DNA of 62,817 nt, filler included, from Actinomycetota bacterium (GTDB lineage: Bacteria; Actinomycetota; Acidimicrobiia; Spongiisociales; UBA4744): the NCBI GenBank assembly GCA_013152275.1. It is 6 parts of 6 records of this genome, joined end to end, with 100 filler letters (N's around TTAATTAATTAA, not from the genome) between each part and the next. Parts side by side here need not be neighbours in the genome. Positions count along the whole stretch, not along the records: positions 22,985 to 39,905 come from JAADGS010000042.1; positions 40,006 to 43,102 come from JAADGS010000056.1; 4 more parts are not named here. One strand, given 5' to 3'. Below the pieces are notes generated by a model that worked only from the letters and a program-made list of their open reading frames with translations, was not told where the DNA came from and made no database searches. A program made the translations under genes and the position numbers. The number at the start of each line of letters is the position of its first letter. Position 1 is the stretch's first letter. Shown one piece after another: positions 31,379 through 41,386 of this stretch.

Positions 31379-32208
31379 TCTACACCGCAGGATTGGACAT
31401 AGGCTCCACCTACACGAAGGCTCTCATCCAGTCGGACGACGGGGAGATCGTCGGCAAGGCGTTCGGGCCGACCGGCTTCCGGCTCAAAGAGGTGGCGCGC
31501 GCGATGTATGACCGGGCGCTCGCGGACGCCGGCCTGAGCGAGGACGATATCTCCTATGTGATCGCCACCGGGGGCGGCCGCCACCATGCCGACTTCAAGG
31601 ATCTCCATGTGACGGACCTCACCGCAAGCGCCCGCGGGGCCTGTTTCCTGTTCCCGGGCACCCGCACGATCCTCGACGTGGGCGGTCAGACCATGAAGGC
31701 GAGTCGGGTGGACGCGTCGGCGAACGTCCTCTCGTTCCGGCTCAACGACAAGTGCGCCGCCGGCACCGGGGCCTTTCTGGAGAAGACGGCCCGCTACATG
31801 GGCTATGGCACCGAAGAGATCGGGGCACTGATGTCGACGTCGAAGGAGCCCGTTCCGATCTCGGGCGTGTGTGCGGTCTTCGCCGAGTCGGAAGTGATCA
31901 ACCACCTCTCGCTGGGTACGCCGCCGGCGGACATCATGCAGGGCGCCATCGAGTCGCTCACCGGACGCTCGGTACAGCTCATGAAACGGGTGCGGGCGGA
32001 ACCGGAGTTCACGCTCATCGGGGGAATCCTTCGGTTCGAGACCATGGGCAGATCCGTCAGCGAATCGCTCAAAGCCGAAGTGAACGTCCCCGACGGCGAC
32101 ATGGTGCAGTTCGTGTCGGCACTCGGGTGTGCCATCCTCGGTCGACGCCGCCTGGAGAAGCTTCGCTCCGACGGTGGCGTGCCGGCCACGGCGGGAACGT
32201 CGAAGTGA
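31375..32208 (+). CDS. Benzoyl-CoA reductase second ATP-binding subunit (BcrD/BzdP-like)
   Basis: [40 protein letters not shown]. Confidence 0.86.
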   Translation: MIYTAGLDIGSTYTKALIQSDDGEIVGKAFGPTGFRLKEVARAMYDRALADAGLSEDDISYVIATGGGRHHADFKDLHVTDLTASARGACFLFPGTRTILDVGGQTMKASRVDASANVLSFRLNDKCAAGTGAFLEKTARYMGYGTEEIGALMSTSKEPVPISGVCAVFAESEVINHLSLGTPPADIMQGAIESLTGRSVQLMKRVRAEPEFTLIGGILRFETMGRSVSESLKAEVNVPDGDMVQFVSALGCAILGRRRLEKLRSDGGVPATAGTSK

Positions 32209-32477
32209 GCGGGACAGAACGTCCCGAGCCGGTCTACTGCTCCGAGGGCATCCAGATCCTGCGGGCGCTGGAGGCCGCCGACGAGGGCTGGGAGCGGCGC
32301 ACCGTCACGGACCCGGCCCGGATCGCCGAGCTGGTGGACCTCTATTCGAGCCTGGGCTTCGAGACGATGGTTACGGGGCTCGATCCGTCGAGCTTCGGTG
32401 AGGCGTGCACCAGTTGCGCAGTCACCGCATGTTCCGAATACGTTGCGCTGTTCACGCGCAAACGGGAAGCGGGCTGA
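32205..32477 (+). CDS. Small Cys-containing hypothetical protein translationally coupled to the bcr operon
   Basis: GTGA overlap; GWERR....P.R..E.V.LY..LGFE..CTSC....C..Y..LFTR. Confidence 0.7.
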   Translation: MSGTERPEPVYCSEGIQILRALEAADEGWERRTVTDPARIAELVDLYSSLGFETMVTGLDPSSFGEACTSCAVTACSEYVALFTRKREAG

Positions 32478-32544
32478 AGGCCCCGCGGGCTCTCGAGGCA
32501 CTAGGTCACGGATGGCGGCGGCGGGAGCATGTCGGTCCGGCCGG

Positions 32545-33276
32545 TTACTCCCCGGCCGCGCCTCCGAGATAGGCCGCATGGACCCGGTCGTCGTTCAGCA
32601 GGTCGGTGGCCGCTCCCTGCAGAACCACCTTTCCCACCTCCATCAGGTAGCCGCGACTGGCGAGTTTGAGAGCCGCGTGTGCGTTCTGCTCCACCAGGAG
32701 CACGGTGACGCCGCCGTCGCGGAGGCTGCGGATGACCTCGAACAGCTCCTTGACGATCAGCGGTGCCAGACCGAGTGACGGTTCGTCGAGCAGCAGCAGC
32801 TTGGGATCGGCCATCAGCCCGCGGGCGATCGCCAGCATCTGCTGCTGCCCCCCGCTGAGGGTCCCGGCCAGTTGGTTTCGGCGTTCCGAGAGGATGGGGA
32901 AGATCCCGAACAGCTTTTCGGCATCGGCCTCGACGGTTGCCTTCCCTACCTTGCGATAGCGGCGGTAGGCGCCGAGGATGAGGTTCTCGTCCACCGTCAT
33001 CGTGGAGAAGAGCTGCCGGTTCTCGGGGACATGGGAGATGCCCCGTGCGACGATTCGCTCCGCTCCGATCCGGGTGATCGACCGGCCGTCGAAGGTCACT
33101 TCGCCCGTGCGTGGGCGCATCATGCCGCTGATGGTCTTGAGGAGTGTCGTCTTGCCTGCCCCGTTGGCGCCGATGAGAGCCACGATCTCGCCCTCGCCCA
33201 CCTCGAGGGACACGGCATCGAGGGCGCGGATCCGCCCGTAGAAGGTGCTCACCTCGGAGACGACGAGACTACTCAT
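32545..33276 (-). CDS. Branched-chain/aromatic ABC ATPase (LivF-like)
   Basis: GANGAGKTT, LSGGQQQMLAIAR, LLLDEPSLGLAP. Confidence 0.92.
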   Translation of the reverse strand: MSSLVVSEVSTFYGRIRALDAVSLEVGEGEIVALIGANGAGKTTLLKTISGMMRPRTGEVTFDGRSITRIGAERIVARGISHVPENRQLFSTMTVDENLILGAYRRYRKVGKATVEADAEKLFGIFPILSERRNQLAGTLSGGQQQMLAIARGLMADPKLLLLDEPSLGLAPLIVKELFEVIRSLRDGGVTVLLVEQNAHAALKLASRGYLMEVGKVVLQGAATDLLNDDRVHAAYLGGAAGE

Positions 33277-34046
33277 TCCTCAGGCGCTCCGAGATAGGCG
33301 GCGATGACTCGCTCGTCGGCCTGGATCTCCGCCGGCGTGCCCTCGGCGATGGCAGATCCGTGATCGAGGACGAGCAACTCGTCCACGAGCCCCATGACGA
33401 ACTCCATATCGTGTTCCACCAGCAGGATCGTGGTCCCGCCGTCTCGAATCTTGCGGATCAGGCTCGCCAGCGACCGCCTCTCGACGGCGTTGAGCCCTGC
33501 TGCCGGCTCGTCGAGAAGCAGCATCGTCGGTTCGGTGGCCAGCGCCCTGGCGATCTCCAGGGTGCGCTGCAACCCGAACGGCAGGTCGGTCGCCTTCTCC
33601 GCGGCCCGTTCCGCCAGTCCGACCTGCCCGAGGAGCTCCGTGGCCATGGACACGATCTCGGACTCCTCCCGCCGGACGGAGGCCCGGTGCAGAGCCGCCT
33701 CGAGAAACCCCGATCTTCCATGGAGGTGGCGGCCCACCATCACATTCTCGAGAACGGTCATGTTGGAGAAGAGCCTCACGTTCTGGAACGTCCGGGTGAT
33801 GCCGAGCGCCGCCACCCGGTTCGGCTCCCGGCCGACGATGCTGTCGCCCTGAAAGGTGATGTCGCCGGTCGTGGGGGTGTAGATGCCGCTGATGAGGTTG
33901 AACAGCGTCGTCTTGCCCGCCCCGTTCGGCCCGATCAGCCCTTTGATCTGGCTTTGGCGCACCTCGGTCGTCACCCGGTTCACCGCCACCAGACCGCCGA
34001 AGAACATCGAGACGGCCGACAGCGAGAGAAGTGGGTCGCCGTTCAC
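33273..34046 (-). CDS. ABC ATPase (LivG-like)
   Basis: GPNGAGKTTLFN, RTFQN, LEIARALA, LLDEPAAG. Confidence 0.9.
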   Translation of the reverse strand: MNGDPLLSLSAVSMFFGGLVAVNRVTTEVRQSQIKGLIGPNGAGKTTLFNLISGIYTPTTGDITFQGDSIVGREPNRVAALGITRTFQNVRLFSNMTVLENVMVGRHLHGRSGFLEAALHRASVRREESEIVSMATELLGQVGLAERAAEKATDLPFGLQRTLEIARALATEPTMLLLDEPAAGLNAVERRSLASLIRKIRDGGTTILLVEHDMEFVMGLVDELLVLDHGSAIAEGTPAEIQADERVIAAYLGAPEE

Positions 34047-35128
34047 CCGCTCCATCGGCGCACCACCTCCTTCGTTCGGGCGACGACGCCCTCCGGCATG
34101 AAGATCATGATGAGGATCAGGATGATGCCGAAGGCGACGACCTCGTACGCGCCACCGACGGCGTCGATCACCAGACTGAGGTGGGTCCGCAGCAGGTCGC
34201 GCAGGATCACCACCGCGGCCACGCCGAAGGGGGCGCCCCACACCGACGCCATGCCGCCCACCGCGGCCATGACGACGAGTTCCAGCGAGGCGCCGAAGTC
34301 GAAGGGCTTGGGTGAGACCGCCACCCGGAAGTGGGCGTACAGGCTGCCCGCGATGCTCGCGTACATGGCGCTCAGCACGAGCGCCCGCACCTTGTACCGT
34401 GCCGTGTCCACACCGAGGGTCTCGGATGCCAGCTCGCTGCAGTGCAGGGCGCGCAGGGCGCGGCCCGAGCGCGACTTCACCATGTTCAAGGCGAGGAGGA
34501 TCCCTACGATCGCCACCAGCCAGACCAGGTAGTAGTAGCGCTCTATGGGCCAGATATCCCACGATCCGATGCTGAGCCGGGGGATGCCGTAGATGCCGTC
34601 GGAGCCGCCCGTGATGTTCACCTTGTCGACGGCGAAGCCGAGGTTCTCCCGAAAGAGGATGTTGACCATCACGCCGAGGCCAAGCGTCGCCATCGCCAGG
34701 TAGTGGCCCCGCAGGCGAAGGATGGGGCGACCCACCAGGTAGGCGAGGCCGCCTGTGAACACGGTGCCGACGAGCATGAGCAGCCACGGCCACCACCAGT
34801 GCCCGGACAGGCCCGACGCTCCGATCAGTGAGGGACGTGTGGTCAGGACCGCCGAGAAGTAGGCACCCAGCCCGATGAAGGCGACCTGGCCCAGCGACAC
34901 CTGCCCTGCATACCCCATGAGGAGGTTGAGGCCCACGACGGCCGTGGTGAGGATGCCGATCCGGACCATGGTGTCGAAGGTGACGACGCCACCGGTGAGC
35001 GCGGCGATGTTCAACCCGCCGGGCTGCGCGGACTCGAGCCACCCGATGACCAGGATGATGACGCTCAGTACCAGGATGCCGACGACGATGCTCCCGTACC
35101 TCTTCTGCGGGCGTTCGGTGAGCGTCAC
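34043..35128 (-). CDS. ABC permease (LivM-like)
   Basis: GLNLLMGYAGQVSLG, LRLRGHYLAMATL, PEGV. Confidence 0.9.
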   Translation of the reverse strand: MTLTERPQKRYGSIVVGILVLSVIILVIGWLESAQPGGLNIAALTGGVVTFDTMVRIGILTTAVVGLNLLMGYAGQVSLGQVAFIGLGAYFSAVLTTRPSLIGASGLSGHWWWPWLLMLVGTVFTGGLAYLVGRPILRLRGHYLAMATLGLGVMVNILFRENLGFAVDKVNITGGSDGIYGIPRLSIGSWDIWPIERYYYLVWLVAIVGILLALNMVKSRSGRALRALHCSELASETLGVDTARYKVRALVLSAMYASIAGSLYAHFRVAVSPKPFDFGASLELVVMAAVGGMASVWGAPFGVAAVVILRDLLRTHLSLVIDAVGGAYEVVAFGIILILIMIFMPEGVVARTKEVVRRWSG

Positions 35129-36135
35129 TCGAGCCCCCGCCCCATCTGACGGCGCTGTCGCAGGAGGACCGCGATCAGGACGATGAAGGCAAAGATGTCC
35201 TTGAGACCGGACTTGGTGACGCCCGCTGCGATGTTCTCGGTGAGACCGAGGAGGAGGCCACCCAACACGGCTACCGGCGAACTGACGAGACCTCCCATGG
35301 CCGCGGCGACGAAACCCTTGAGGCCGAGCTTGAGGCCCATGTCGTAGATGGGCCGGCTCGCCGGCGCAAGGACGATCCCGGCGACGGCTCCCATGGCCGC
35401 CGCCAGCCCGAAGGCGAAGATGGACATGCGTGAGGGGCTGATGCCCATGAGCCGGGCGGCGTACCTGTTGACCGAGCACGCCCGCAGTGCCTTGCCGAGA
35501 AGCGTCCGGCGGAGAAACACCATGAGGAGAGCCAGCACAACGGCCGTGGTCCCCCAGATCCACAGCGACTGCGCCTTGAGGACGATGCCGCCGGGCCGGA
35601 AGATGAGGTCGGAGGTCGCGACCGTCGTGAAGGCGGGCAGGATCCGGGCATTGCTCCCCCAGAAGATCAGAGCCAGGCCCTGGAGGGTGATGTAGACACC
35701 GACGGTGATGATGATCAGTGTCAGCGAGTCGGCGTTGCGGGCGGGGAAGATGGTCAGCCGTTCGACGATCACCCCTATCGCCGTCGTGGCGACGATGGCG
35801 AGAAGGGCGGCGACGATGAGGCCCGTGGCGCCGGTGCCTCCGATCTTGGATGCATAGAGGGTCACGGCGATCATCGACCCCAGCATCACGAAGGCGCCCT
35901 GGGCGAAATTGATGATGCCGGTGACGGTGTAGATCATCACGAAGCCGAGCGCGATGAGGGCGTAGATGGCACCGTCCCCGAGGCCGGCGACGATCAACTG
36001 ACCGTACTGCTGCGGGCCGAAGTTCTTTTGGGCTCCCAAGATGAGGATGAGCGCCACCACGGCGACGGTCGACCCGCCGACCGCCAAGAACTTATACGAC
36101 TTGTGCTTGAGCGATCGAAGCAAGAAATCTCTCAT
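35125..36135 (-). CDS. ABC permease (LivH-like)
   Basis: GAIYALIALG, INFAQG, GKALRA, KGFVAAAMGG. Confidence 0.9.
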   Translation of the reverse strand: MRDFLLRSLKHKSYKFLAVGGSTVAVVALILILGAQKNFGPQQYGQLIVAGLGDGAIYALIALGFVMIYTVTGIINFAQGAFVMLGSMIAVTLYASKIGGTGATGLIVAALLAIVATTAIGVIVERLTIFPARNADSLTLIIITVGVYITLQGLALIFWGSNARILPAFTTVATSDLIFRPGGIVLKAQSLWIWGTTAVVLALLMVFLRRTLLGKALRACSVNRYAARLMGISPSRMSIFAFGLAAAMGAVAGIVLAPASRPIYDMGLKLGLKGFVAAAMGGLVSSPVAVLGGLLLGLTENIAAGVTKSGLKDIFAFIVLIAVLLRQRRQMGRGLE

Positions 36136-36226
36136 GTCGCCGTGTTCTTTTCCCTCGGATTGGGAGTATGCGGGCCAGGGGACGACCGTAGCCGTCCCCC
36201 GGTACCGCTTGTCTCAGCCGGTTGCT

Positions 36227-37561
36227 CTACCAATCTTTCGGCGGGAAGTTGACGAACTTGCCTCCCTCGACACGGACGAAGGTGAGACCGGTGTACTTCA
36301 GGCCGAGGTGGTCATCTGCGGTGACGTTGAAGACACCGCCGGTGCCCGGCCAATCCTTGATGTTGGTTTCGATGTACTCACGGATTCCGGCCCGCCTGTC
36401 CTTCAAGTCGGGTCCCTCGTTGAGACTGCTCAGGCCCATGTAGGCCCACTGGAGGGCATCCCAGGCGTGTCCACCGAAGGTGCTTACCGGGTCTCCACCG
36501 GTGAACGCCGTGTAGTCGGCGATGTACTTCATCAGGACCGGCTTCTGCGGGTCGTTGTCCGGCAGGCCGTCGGCCACCATGAGGCGACCACACGGCAGCA
36601 CGACGCCCTCGGTGGCTTTGGGTGCCAGCGAGATGAACGTCGCATTGCAGACGCCGTGGCCCTGGATGACCGGAAGGTCGGGGACGAAGTCACGCAACGC
36701 CACCGTCACCATCGAGGCACCGGGCGGGATGGCTCCCACCACCACGGCCTGACACCCGGACGATTGGACTCCCTGCATCTGTGGGAACTCGGTATCGGAC
36801 CGCTCGAACGTGTCGCTGAAGACGATCTTGATGCCGGCCTCGGGGAAGAACTTCTTGGCGTTGTTCAGGGTGTCCTGCCCAAAACCACTGTTCTCGTACA
36901 GGTAGCACACGCTGGTGATGCCCTGCGACTTGAGGTAGGTGGCCTGCCAGCGGGCGCTGTGGCCGTTCTCCTGCGGCGTCTTGAAGATCCAGGGCCTGGT
37001 CACGCCGTCGGTCTCGATGATGCTGCGCGCGGAGCCCATGGAGATCATCGGGACCTCGGCCTCCTCCGCCAGCGGTGCCATCGCCAGAGCGTTGCCGCTC
37101 AGTGTGCCGGCGACCAGCACGTCGACATCCTTCTCGGTGATGAGGCGGCTCACCGCCGCCGCTCCGACGTCGGGGTTCGACTCCGAATCGAGGATGATGA
37201 CGTCCAGGGCGTGGTGTACCCCGTCGGGGCCCGTGATGCCGTCGGCCCACTGCTGAGCGAGCATGTGAGCCGTGTTCGTCTCGGGCATACCGAGGCTGGA
37301 ACCCGGGCCGGTGGCCGAGGCCACGAAGCCGATCTTGTAGGCGACCCCCTCGGCGGGTGGCGCCGCGGTCGTCGCCGTCACCGCGGTCGTTGCGGTCGTG
37401 GCAGGTGCCGCCGTCGTGGCAGGCGCCGCGGTCGTGGCGGGTGCCGCGGTCGTGGCAGTCGTTGCGGTGGTGCCGGCGCTACACGCCGCGGCAACGAACA
37501 TCATCACGACCACTACGGCCAACAGCCGTGGAGTCCTTTTGTTTCTTCGTCCCGTCGTCAT
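36227..37561 (-). CDS. ABC solute-binding lipoprotein (aromatic acid/LivK-like)
   Basis: Lipobox AAAC, ATTAAP repeats, KIG...SATGP.SSLG.PE, STFGGHAWDA. Confidence 0.85.
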   Translation of the reverse strand: MTTGRRNKRTPRLLAVVVVMMFVAAACSAGTTATTATTAAPATTAAPATTAAPATTATTAVTATTAAPPAEGVAYKIGFVASATGPGSSLGMPETNTAHMLAQQWADGITGPDGVHHALDVIILDSESNPDVGAAAVSRLITEKDVDVLVAGTLSGNALAMAPLAEEAEVPMISMGSARSIIETDGVTRPWIFKTPQENGHSARWQATYLKSQGITSVCYLYENSGFGQDTLNNAKKFFPEAGIKIVFSDTFERSDTEFPQMQGVQSSGCQAVVVGAIPPGASMVTVALRDFVPDLPVIQGHGVCNATFISLAPKATEGVVLPCGRLMVADGLPDNDPQKPVLMKYIADYTAFTGGDPVSTFGGHAWDALQWAYMGLSSLNEGPDLKDRRAGIREYIETNIKDWPGTGGVFNVTADDHLGLKYTGLTFVRVEGGKFVNFPPKDW

Positions 37562-38077
37562 TCCAGCCCTCCTTCAGTCTTCCGCAAGCCTTCCGCGGCT
37601 GTCTTTCTCGCTTCGAGCCGACCGACTTGTCGATCCCACATATACCCAGGATCCGGTTGGGCAGATCGAGCGTCGGGATGCTCTTCTCTCGGACCCACGT
37701 ACAGCGTACGGCTCGTCATCGTATCAGCCTCTCCCGTGTCATGCGTTGGGAACCATGATCTATTTCGCCTCTCCGGCGTCCTCGTCCGGGCCTCTACACG
37801 CACATCGCCGTGGCCCGAAAGAGCCCGGATCGTCGTGCGACATGCCGATCGAATCGGTCGACCCTGATGCAAATACATCAGGTCCAATCAAGACCAATTA
37901 GGTCATGAGAACGCGCACGAATAGGTGATCCATCGGTTCCTCTTGCCGACCTATTTGCCTCGTTGTAGGTTGTGTGCACAGATGACGACATTGATGGCGG
38001 TGGCGGTGACAGGACCGCCCCGAACAAACGAGTCGACCGGTTGGTAGCCTGGTCGCAAAGCTGACAGGAGGCTGACC

Positions 38078-39391
38078 GTGTTTCTTCCCGAAATCGAGAC
38101 ACTGCCCCCCACGGAGCTCAAGAAGCTGCAGGGGGAACGGCTGGTGGGTTTGATCGAGCGGCTGCGGGCGAGCAACGCCGAGTACTGGAAGAAGAAGTTG
38201 AACGGGGTCGGTCCGGTGACGTCGATCGAGGATCTCTCTTCCTTGCCGTTCACCTCGAAACCGGAGTTTCGCGAGCAGTATCCGACCGGAATGCTGGCGG
38301 TGCCGTTACGAGACGTCGTTCGGGTCCATGCCTCCTCGGGGACGTCGGGAAAGCCGACCATCGTCGGCTACAACGCCTCCGACGTCGCGCTCTTCGGCGA
38401 GGTCAATGCCCGCTGCCTCGCCGCGTGCGGCGGCACTGCCGATGACGTGATCCATGTCGCCTACGGCTACGGCCTCTTCACCGGCGGCCTCGGTGTCCAC
38501 TACGGGGCCGAGGCGCTCGGGGCGGTCACCGTTCCCGCCTCGGGAGGCAACGCCGTCTTCCAGGTGGGATTGCTTGCCGATCTCGGCGCCACCGGTCTCG
38601 CCGCCACACCCTCGTTCGCCCTCCGTCTGGCCGAGCAGGCGGCAGCCGACGGCAGGTTGGCCGACATCAAGCTGCGCTGGGGCATCCACGGCGCCGAGCC
38701 CTGGTCGGAGGGCTTCCGTGAGAAGATTCAGGAGGCCTGGGGTGGCGACTATGACGCCTGCGACCTGTACGGGCTCTCCGAGGTGATCGGGCCCGGAGTC
38801 GCCGCCGAGTGCTATCAGAACAAGGGCGGGTTGCACATCCTCGAGGATCACTTCTACCCCGAGATCGTGGATCCCGACACGGGCGAGCCGCTTCCCGACG
38901 GCGAGCTGGGCGAGTTGGTCCTCACCACGCTGACCCGCCAGGCACAGCCCGTGATCCGCTACCGGACGCGTGACATCACGCGGATCCTGGGGACGGGTTG
39001 CCCGTGCGGGCGGACCTCGCGACGCATCGACCGTTTCCAGGGCAGGGTCGACGACATGCTGATCATCCGTGGCATCAACGTCTACCCGCGGACGATCGAG
39101 TCGCTCCTGCTCGGCGACCCGTGCATCTCCGGGCAGTTCGCCATCGTCGTCGACCGCCGGTCGACCATGGTGGAGCTCGAGGCCAGGGTCGAGCTGGCGG
39201 ACCATTCGCTCGCACCCATGCGGGAGGAGATCGTCAAGCGGCTGAAGAAGAACCTCGCCGACACCCTCCGGGTGCGGGTCGAGGTGCTTCTCGGCGATCC
39301 CGGCAGCATCCCCCGCCAGGACACCGGCAAGGCGAAGCGGGTGTTCGTGAAAGAGGACGACACCGATCCCCTCGACGCCCTCCGAAACTAG
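38078..39391 (+). CDS. paaK: Phenylacetate--CoA ligase family protein
   Basis: RVHASSGTSGKP, YGYGLFTGGLG.HYG, GAEPWSE, YGLSE..GPG, RYRTRD, GR.DDM.IIRG.N. Confidence 0.85.
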   Translation: MFLPEIETLPPTELKKLQGERLVGLIERLRASNAEYWKKKLNGVGPVTSIEDLSSLPFTSKPEFREQYPTGMLAVPLRDVVRVHASSGTSGKPTIVGYNASDVALFGEVNARCLAACGGTADDVIHVAYGYGLFTGGLGVHYGAEALGAVTVPASGGNAVFQVGLLADLGATGLAATPSFALRLAEQAAADGRLADIKLRWGIHGAEPWSEGFREKIQEAWGGDYDACDLYGLSEVIGPGVAAECYQNKGGLHILEDHFYPEIVDPDTGEPLPDGELGELVLTTLTRQAQPVIRYRTRDITRILGTGCPCGRTSRRIDRFQGRVDDMLIIRGINVYPRTIESLLLGDPCISGQFAIVVDRRSTMVELEARVELADHSLAPMREEIVKRLKKNLADTLRVRVEVLLGDPGSIPRQDTGKAKRVFVKEDDTDPLDALRN

Positions 39392-39801
39392 CCGCGGTCT
39401 TCAGCGTGGTCTCGATGGCCGAGGGGTTGGCGTGCGCGAAAACGCCTTCCTGACAAGGGACGCCACACCCAGGTTGTCGATCATGTCGATCTGATGTGTC
39501 GTGCCTGCCAGGACCTCGACCTGGTCCGGATGCGGGACGCCCTCGGACACGTAACGGTCCCCGACCCAACCGGCGCGTGACCGTCCTCGCTCAACTATCG
39601 ACGAACCGCCTCCCCGCGCAGCTCCTTCTTCGACACGGTCCACTCCTCGCTCCGCCACCTTCGTCGATATGTTCATCACCGACGCGGTGTATGCGAGTCT
39701 CTGACATCTGACATGTGACCTTCGACCCGGTGCCGTCTCGCGCCGTTGGCCGACGGAGGACCTCGTCCGAGATCTGGAGGTTGGGGGCGGAGTGTCGATG
39801 T

Positions 39802-39905
39802 TTAGGGTGGTGTGCCGCTGGTGGTGTAGGTGTGGCCGAGTTTGGTGGTCCAGTGGTGGTCGCCGTCGGGGAGGGGCTGGTAGGTCCATCCGGCGTCGTG
39901 TCGGA
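39802..39905 (-). CDS. 3' end of a DUF222/HNH endonuclease-like gene, cut by contig end
   Basis: Reads RHDAGWTYQPLPDGDHHWTTKLGHTYTTSGTPP*, resembling the tail that follows the HNH motif in actinobacterial DUF222 proteins. Confidence 0.6.
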
Positions 39906-40005
39906 NNNNNNNNNNNNNNNNNNNNNNNNNNNNNNNNNNNNNNNNNNNNTTAATTAATTAANNNNNNNNNNNNNNNNNNNNNNNNNNNNNNNNNNNNNNN
40001 NNNNN

Positions 40006-40060
40006 CCCTTCAGGGGGAAGTGCCGAGTCTTCGAGGCGATGGGGGTGTGCCCGCGCTGGG
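40006..40060. repeat. REP-like repeat (reverse complement of the 49-bp family)
   Basis: cagggggaagtgccgagtcttcgaggcgatgggggtgt. Confidence 0.8.
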
Positions 40061-40128
40061 GGAGGCTCTACCCCATCTTCCTCGGTTGGTTCCTCGCTTC
40101 GGCCACTTCCCTCTGCCAGGAAAAGGCC

Positions 40129-41376
40129 CTATTCGTAGACTTTCTCGTCGGTGGCGTCTGCGTCGAGGGCGTCGGCTTCCCAGTCACGGTACGCGGTGCC
40201 GCGGCGGTGGCGGTCGGCGTACTCGCGGTACCACTCGTGGGCGATGATCATGCTCATCACCTCGTTGGTTCCGGTCCAGATCGACGCGAGGCGCAGATCC
40301 CGGTAGTGACGTTCGATCGGGTAGACGGACGTGTAGCCGATCCCGCCCATGACCTGCATGGCGTTGTGGACGACCTTCTGGCACGACTCGGTCACGAACT
40401 TCTTCGTCTCGGAGATGTGCCTGCGGGTCATGCCGGCGTCTGCGCCCTCGTCGACGGCGCGTGCGGTCGTGTACACCAGGGACCGTGCGGCGTCGAGGAG
40501 CATGGCCGCCTCGGCGACCTGAAAGCTGACCCCTTCGAACCGGTTGATCGTCTTGCCGAACGCCTTGCGGCGGGTCGTGTAGCCGCCGGCGACCTCCAGG
40601 GCCGCCGTGGCGGGCCCGATGGTCATCGCCGCGGTGGCGAGACGCTCGGGGATCATCATCGTGTTGAACACGTGCACCCCACCGTCGACGGTGCCGATCA
40701 CGTTCTCCTTGGGCACGATCACGTCCTTGAACACGACACGGCCCGCGCCTCCGCCTCGAGAACCCATCAGGTTGTACAGATAGTCGACCGTCACCCCGGG
40801 GCCTCGATCGACGATGAACGCCGTGATCCCATCCTGGGGCTTCACGTCGGTGTTCGTTCTCGCATAGGCCAGGAAGAAGTCCGCTCCCTCCGCGCCGACG
40901 ATGAAGCGTTTCTGACCGTTGAGCACGAAGTGATCGCCACGATCGACCGCCGATGTCGTGGTACCGAAGAAGTCGGATCCGCCGCGCGGTTCGGTGAGCC
41001 CCTCGGCGGCGAAGATCTCGCCCGCCAGCAGCGGCTTGACGTACTTGGCTTTCTGGGCGTCGGTGCCGTGGATGACGATGGCATCACACACCAGCTCGGC
41101 GCCCACCCCGAACGTGCAGGCGAAGATGTAGCCGAGTGTGCCGATCTCCTCCATCACCGCGCACGTCGTCACCCAGTCCATGCCCCGTCCGCCCCACCGT
41201 TTCGGGTAGCGGCAGCCGAGCAGGTTGCGACGTCCCGCCTCGGCGAGGAACTCGGTCGGGAAGCGGATCTCGTCGCGATCCATCTTGGCGATCATGTCTT
41301 TGGGAACCCACGCGACGAGGTCGCGGGCCTCGTCGCGCATCTTGCGCTGTTCGTCGTTCAACAGGAAGTCGTACAT
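40129..41376 (-). CDS. Acyl-CoA dehydrogenase
   Basis: GLTEPRGGSD, LNGQKRFI, RKAFGK.I..F, QVMGGIGY, RDLR...IWTGTNE. Confidence 0.92.
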   Translation of the reverse strand: MYDFLLNDEQRKMRDEARDLVAWVPKDMIAKMDRDEIRFPTEFLAEAGRRNLLGCRYPKRWGGRGMDWVTTCAVMEEIGTLGYIFACTFGVGAELVCDAIVIHGTDAQKAKYVKPLLAGEIFAAEGLTEPRGGSDFFGTTTSAVDRGDHFVLNGQKRFIVGAEGADFFLAYARTNTDVKPQDGITAFIVDRGPGVTVDYLYNLMGSRGGGAGRVVFKDVIVPKENVIGTVDGGVHVFNTMMIPERLATAAMTIGPATAALEVAGGYTTRRKAFGKTINRFEGVSFQVAEAAMLLDAARSLVYTTARAVDEGADAGMTRRHISETKKFVTESCQKVVHNAMQVMGGIGYTSVYPIERHYRDLRLASIWTGTNEVMSMIIAHEWYREYADRHRRGTAYRDWEADALDADATDEKVYE

Positions 41377-41386
41377 GGTCGCCTCT

